Shown here: one piece after another, positions 4,746 through 5,244 of the stretch
Numbering within the stretch: position 1 is the first letter of the stretch
Layout: every line of letters starts with the position of its first letter
From: a virus
Lineage: Duplodnaviria; Heunggongvirae; Uroviricota; Caudoviricetes
DNA length: 5,244 nucleotides
Virus record (IMG/VR): IMGVR_UViG_2740892233_000010
Direction: 5' to 3' (one strand)
The notes under the pieces: generated by a model
Databases searched by the model: none
The model's input: the letters and a program-made list of their open reading frames with translations, nothing else
What the model was told of the DNA's origin: nothing
Translations under genes and position numbers: made by a program

Positions 4746-5201
4746 TTACCCAAGCACGCCAGTTGCAAAGGCGTGATCAAGAAAACGAAAAATTAAATCA
4801 ACCTGAGAACCATGCTTTTCTTCGAACGCCAGCGGATCCGCATGAAGCTCGTTGTGATGCTCCCGACACAGCGGTAGCGTGAAAATATCGTGAGATTTTG
4901 TCCCCATTCCCCCCTGACCATGACCAATCAGGTGATGCGGATCGTCAGCAGGCTTACCACAACACGCACACGGCTGTGTCTTCACCCAGTGCGTGTATTT
5001 CTCGTTAACCCAGCGGCGACGTTTAGGTCGTTTCATGAAAGATTCCGGAGACTCAGGATCAACGGCAATGCTGACCACCGTCTTTTCCTGTGGCGGTTTT
5101 TGCTGGTGAGCGTGAGGCAGCGGCGCAAGATTTTTTGTGCGCTGCTTCAGTATGCTGGTGGCGGTCTGCTCTCCCGGTACGATGTCGCTTTCACGGTACA
5201 T
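4746..5201 (-). CDS. DUF1364/YbcO-like nin-region protein (Cys/His-rich, putative nuclease); start uncertain
   Basis: C-terminal 96 aa (from ATG 5036: MKRPKRRRWVNEKYTHWVKTQPCACCGKPADDPHHLIGHGQGGMGTKSHDIFTLPLCREHHNELH...) parallel DLP12 YbcO in length and Cys/His spacing. The frame stays open upstream to the window edge; ATG 5201 overlaps an upstream-frame stop, so the start may be 5036, 5201, or outside the window. Stop TAA at 4748-4746, 12 nt before the rusA start. Confidence 0.7.
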   Translation of the reverse strand: MYRESDIVPGEQTATSILKQRTKNLAPLPHAHQQKPPQEKTVVSIAVDPESPESFMKRPKRRRWVNEKYTHWVKTQPCACCGKPADDPHHLIGHGQGGMGTKSHDIFTLPLCREHHNELHADPLAFEEKHGSQVDLIFRFLDHAFATGVLG

Positions 5202-5244
5202 TGAGCGGATTTTTTCCGCACGCAACCCCAGCGAACGACGTAAT
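5191..5244 (-). CDS. 3' end of an unidentified upstream nin-region ORF (partial)
   Basis: A second minus-strand frame is open from the window edge and ends ...ITSFAGVACGKNPLNVP-TGA at 5193-5191, overlapping ATG 5201 of the next gene. Only 17 codons visible; no homolog recognised. Confidence 0.25.
   Translation of the reverse strand: MTSFAGVACGKNPLNVP

Larger units (their letters stand above)
1..5244. mobile_element. Lambdoid prophage segment (nin region, Q, tRNA trio, late-leader cargo, nanS-p)
   Basis: Gene order DUF1364/YbcO-like, rusA, Q, terminator, tRNA Ile2/Arg/Arg, nanS-p-like, all on one strand, matches the late-regulatory region of lambdoid/Stx-type phages. No integrase or att site is in the window, so the element boundaries are not seen. 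Confidence 0.85.

Noticed and set aside
4890-5204. Plus-strand ORF 4890..5204
   Set aside because: Antisense to the Cys/His-rich YbcO-like frame.
1-5244. Shiga toxin genes, CRISPR array, IS element or integron
   Set aside because: No stxA/stxB-like frame between the tRNAs and nanS-p (the slot holds the TerB-like gene); no regularly spaced direct repeats; no transposase-like ORF or terminal inverted repeats seen.

Overview
The window is a lambdoid prophage segment, with every supported gene on the minus strand, spanning the end of the nin region into the late-gene leader. All calls are from manual reading and recalled protein families; no searches were run. In minus-strand order (high to low coordinates): a partial upstream ORF, a DUF1364/YbcO-like protein, RusA, a Q antiterminator homolog, a short leader ending in a strong tR'-like terminator, a small PapI/FaeA-like winged-helix ORF, an AT-rich AraC-family regulator, three tRNAs (Ile2-CAU, Arg-UCG, Arg-UCU; the ileZ-argN-argO trio of Stx-type phages), a TerB-family protein with a possible coupled small membrane ORF, several intrinsic terminators, and the 5' part of a NanS-p-like sialate O-acetylesterase gene that runs off the window start. 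No Shiga toxin genes are present; the position stxAB would occupy in this backbone holds the TerB-like gene. The main candidate for something undescribed is this TerB-like plus small membrane ORF pair, together with the AraC/PapI-like regulator cargo next to rare-codon tRNAs. Six 10-N runs are each associated with near-identical duplicated segments whose differences are mostly synonymous (one copy carries an in-frame TAG), so the literal reading frames of the TerB-like and NanS-p-like genes are broken by what looks like an assembly artefact.
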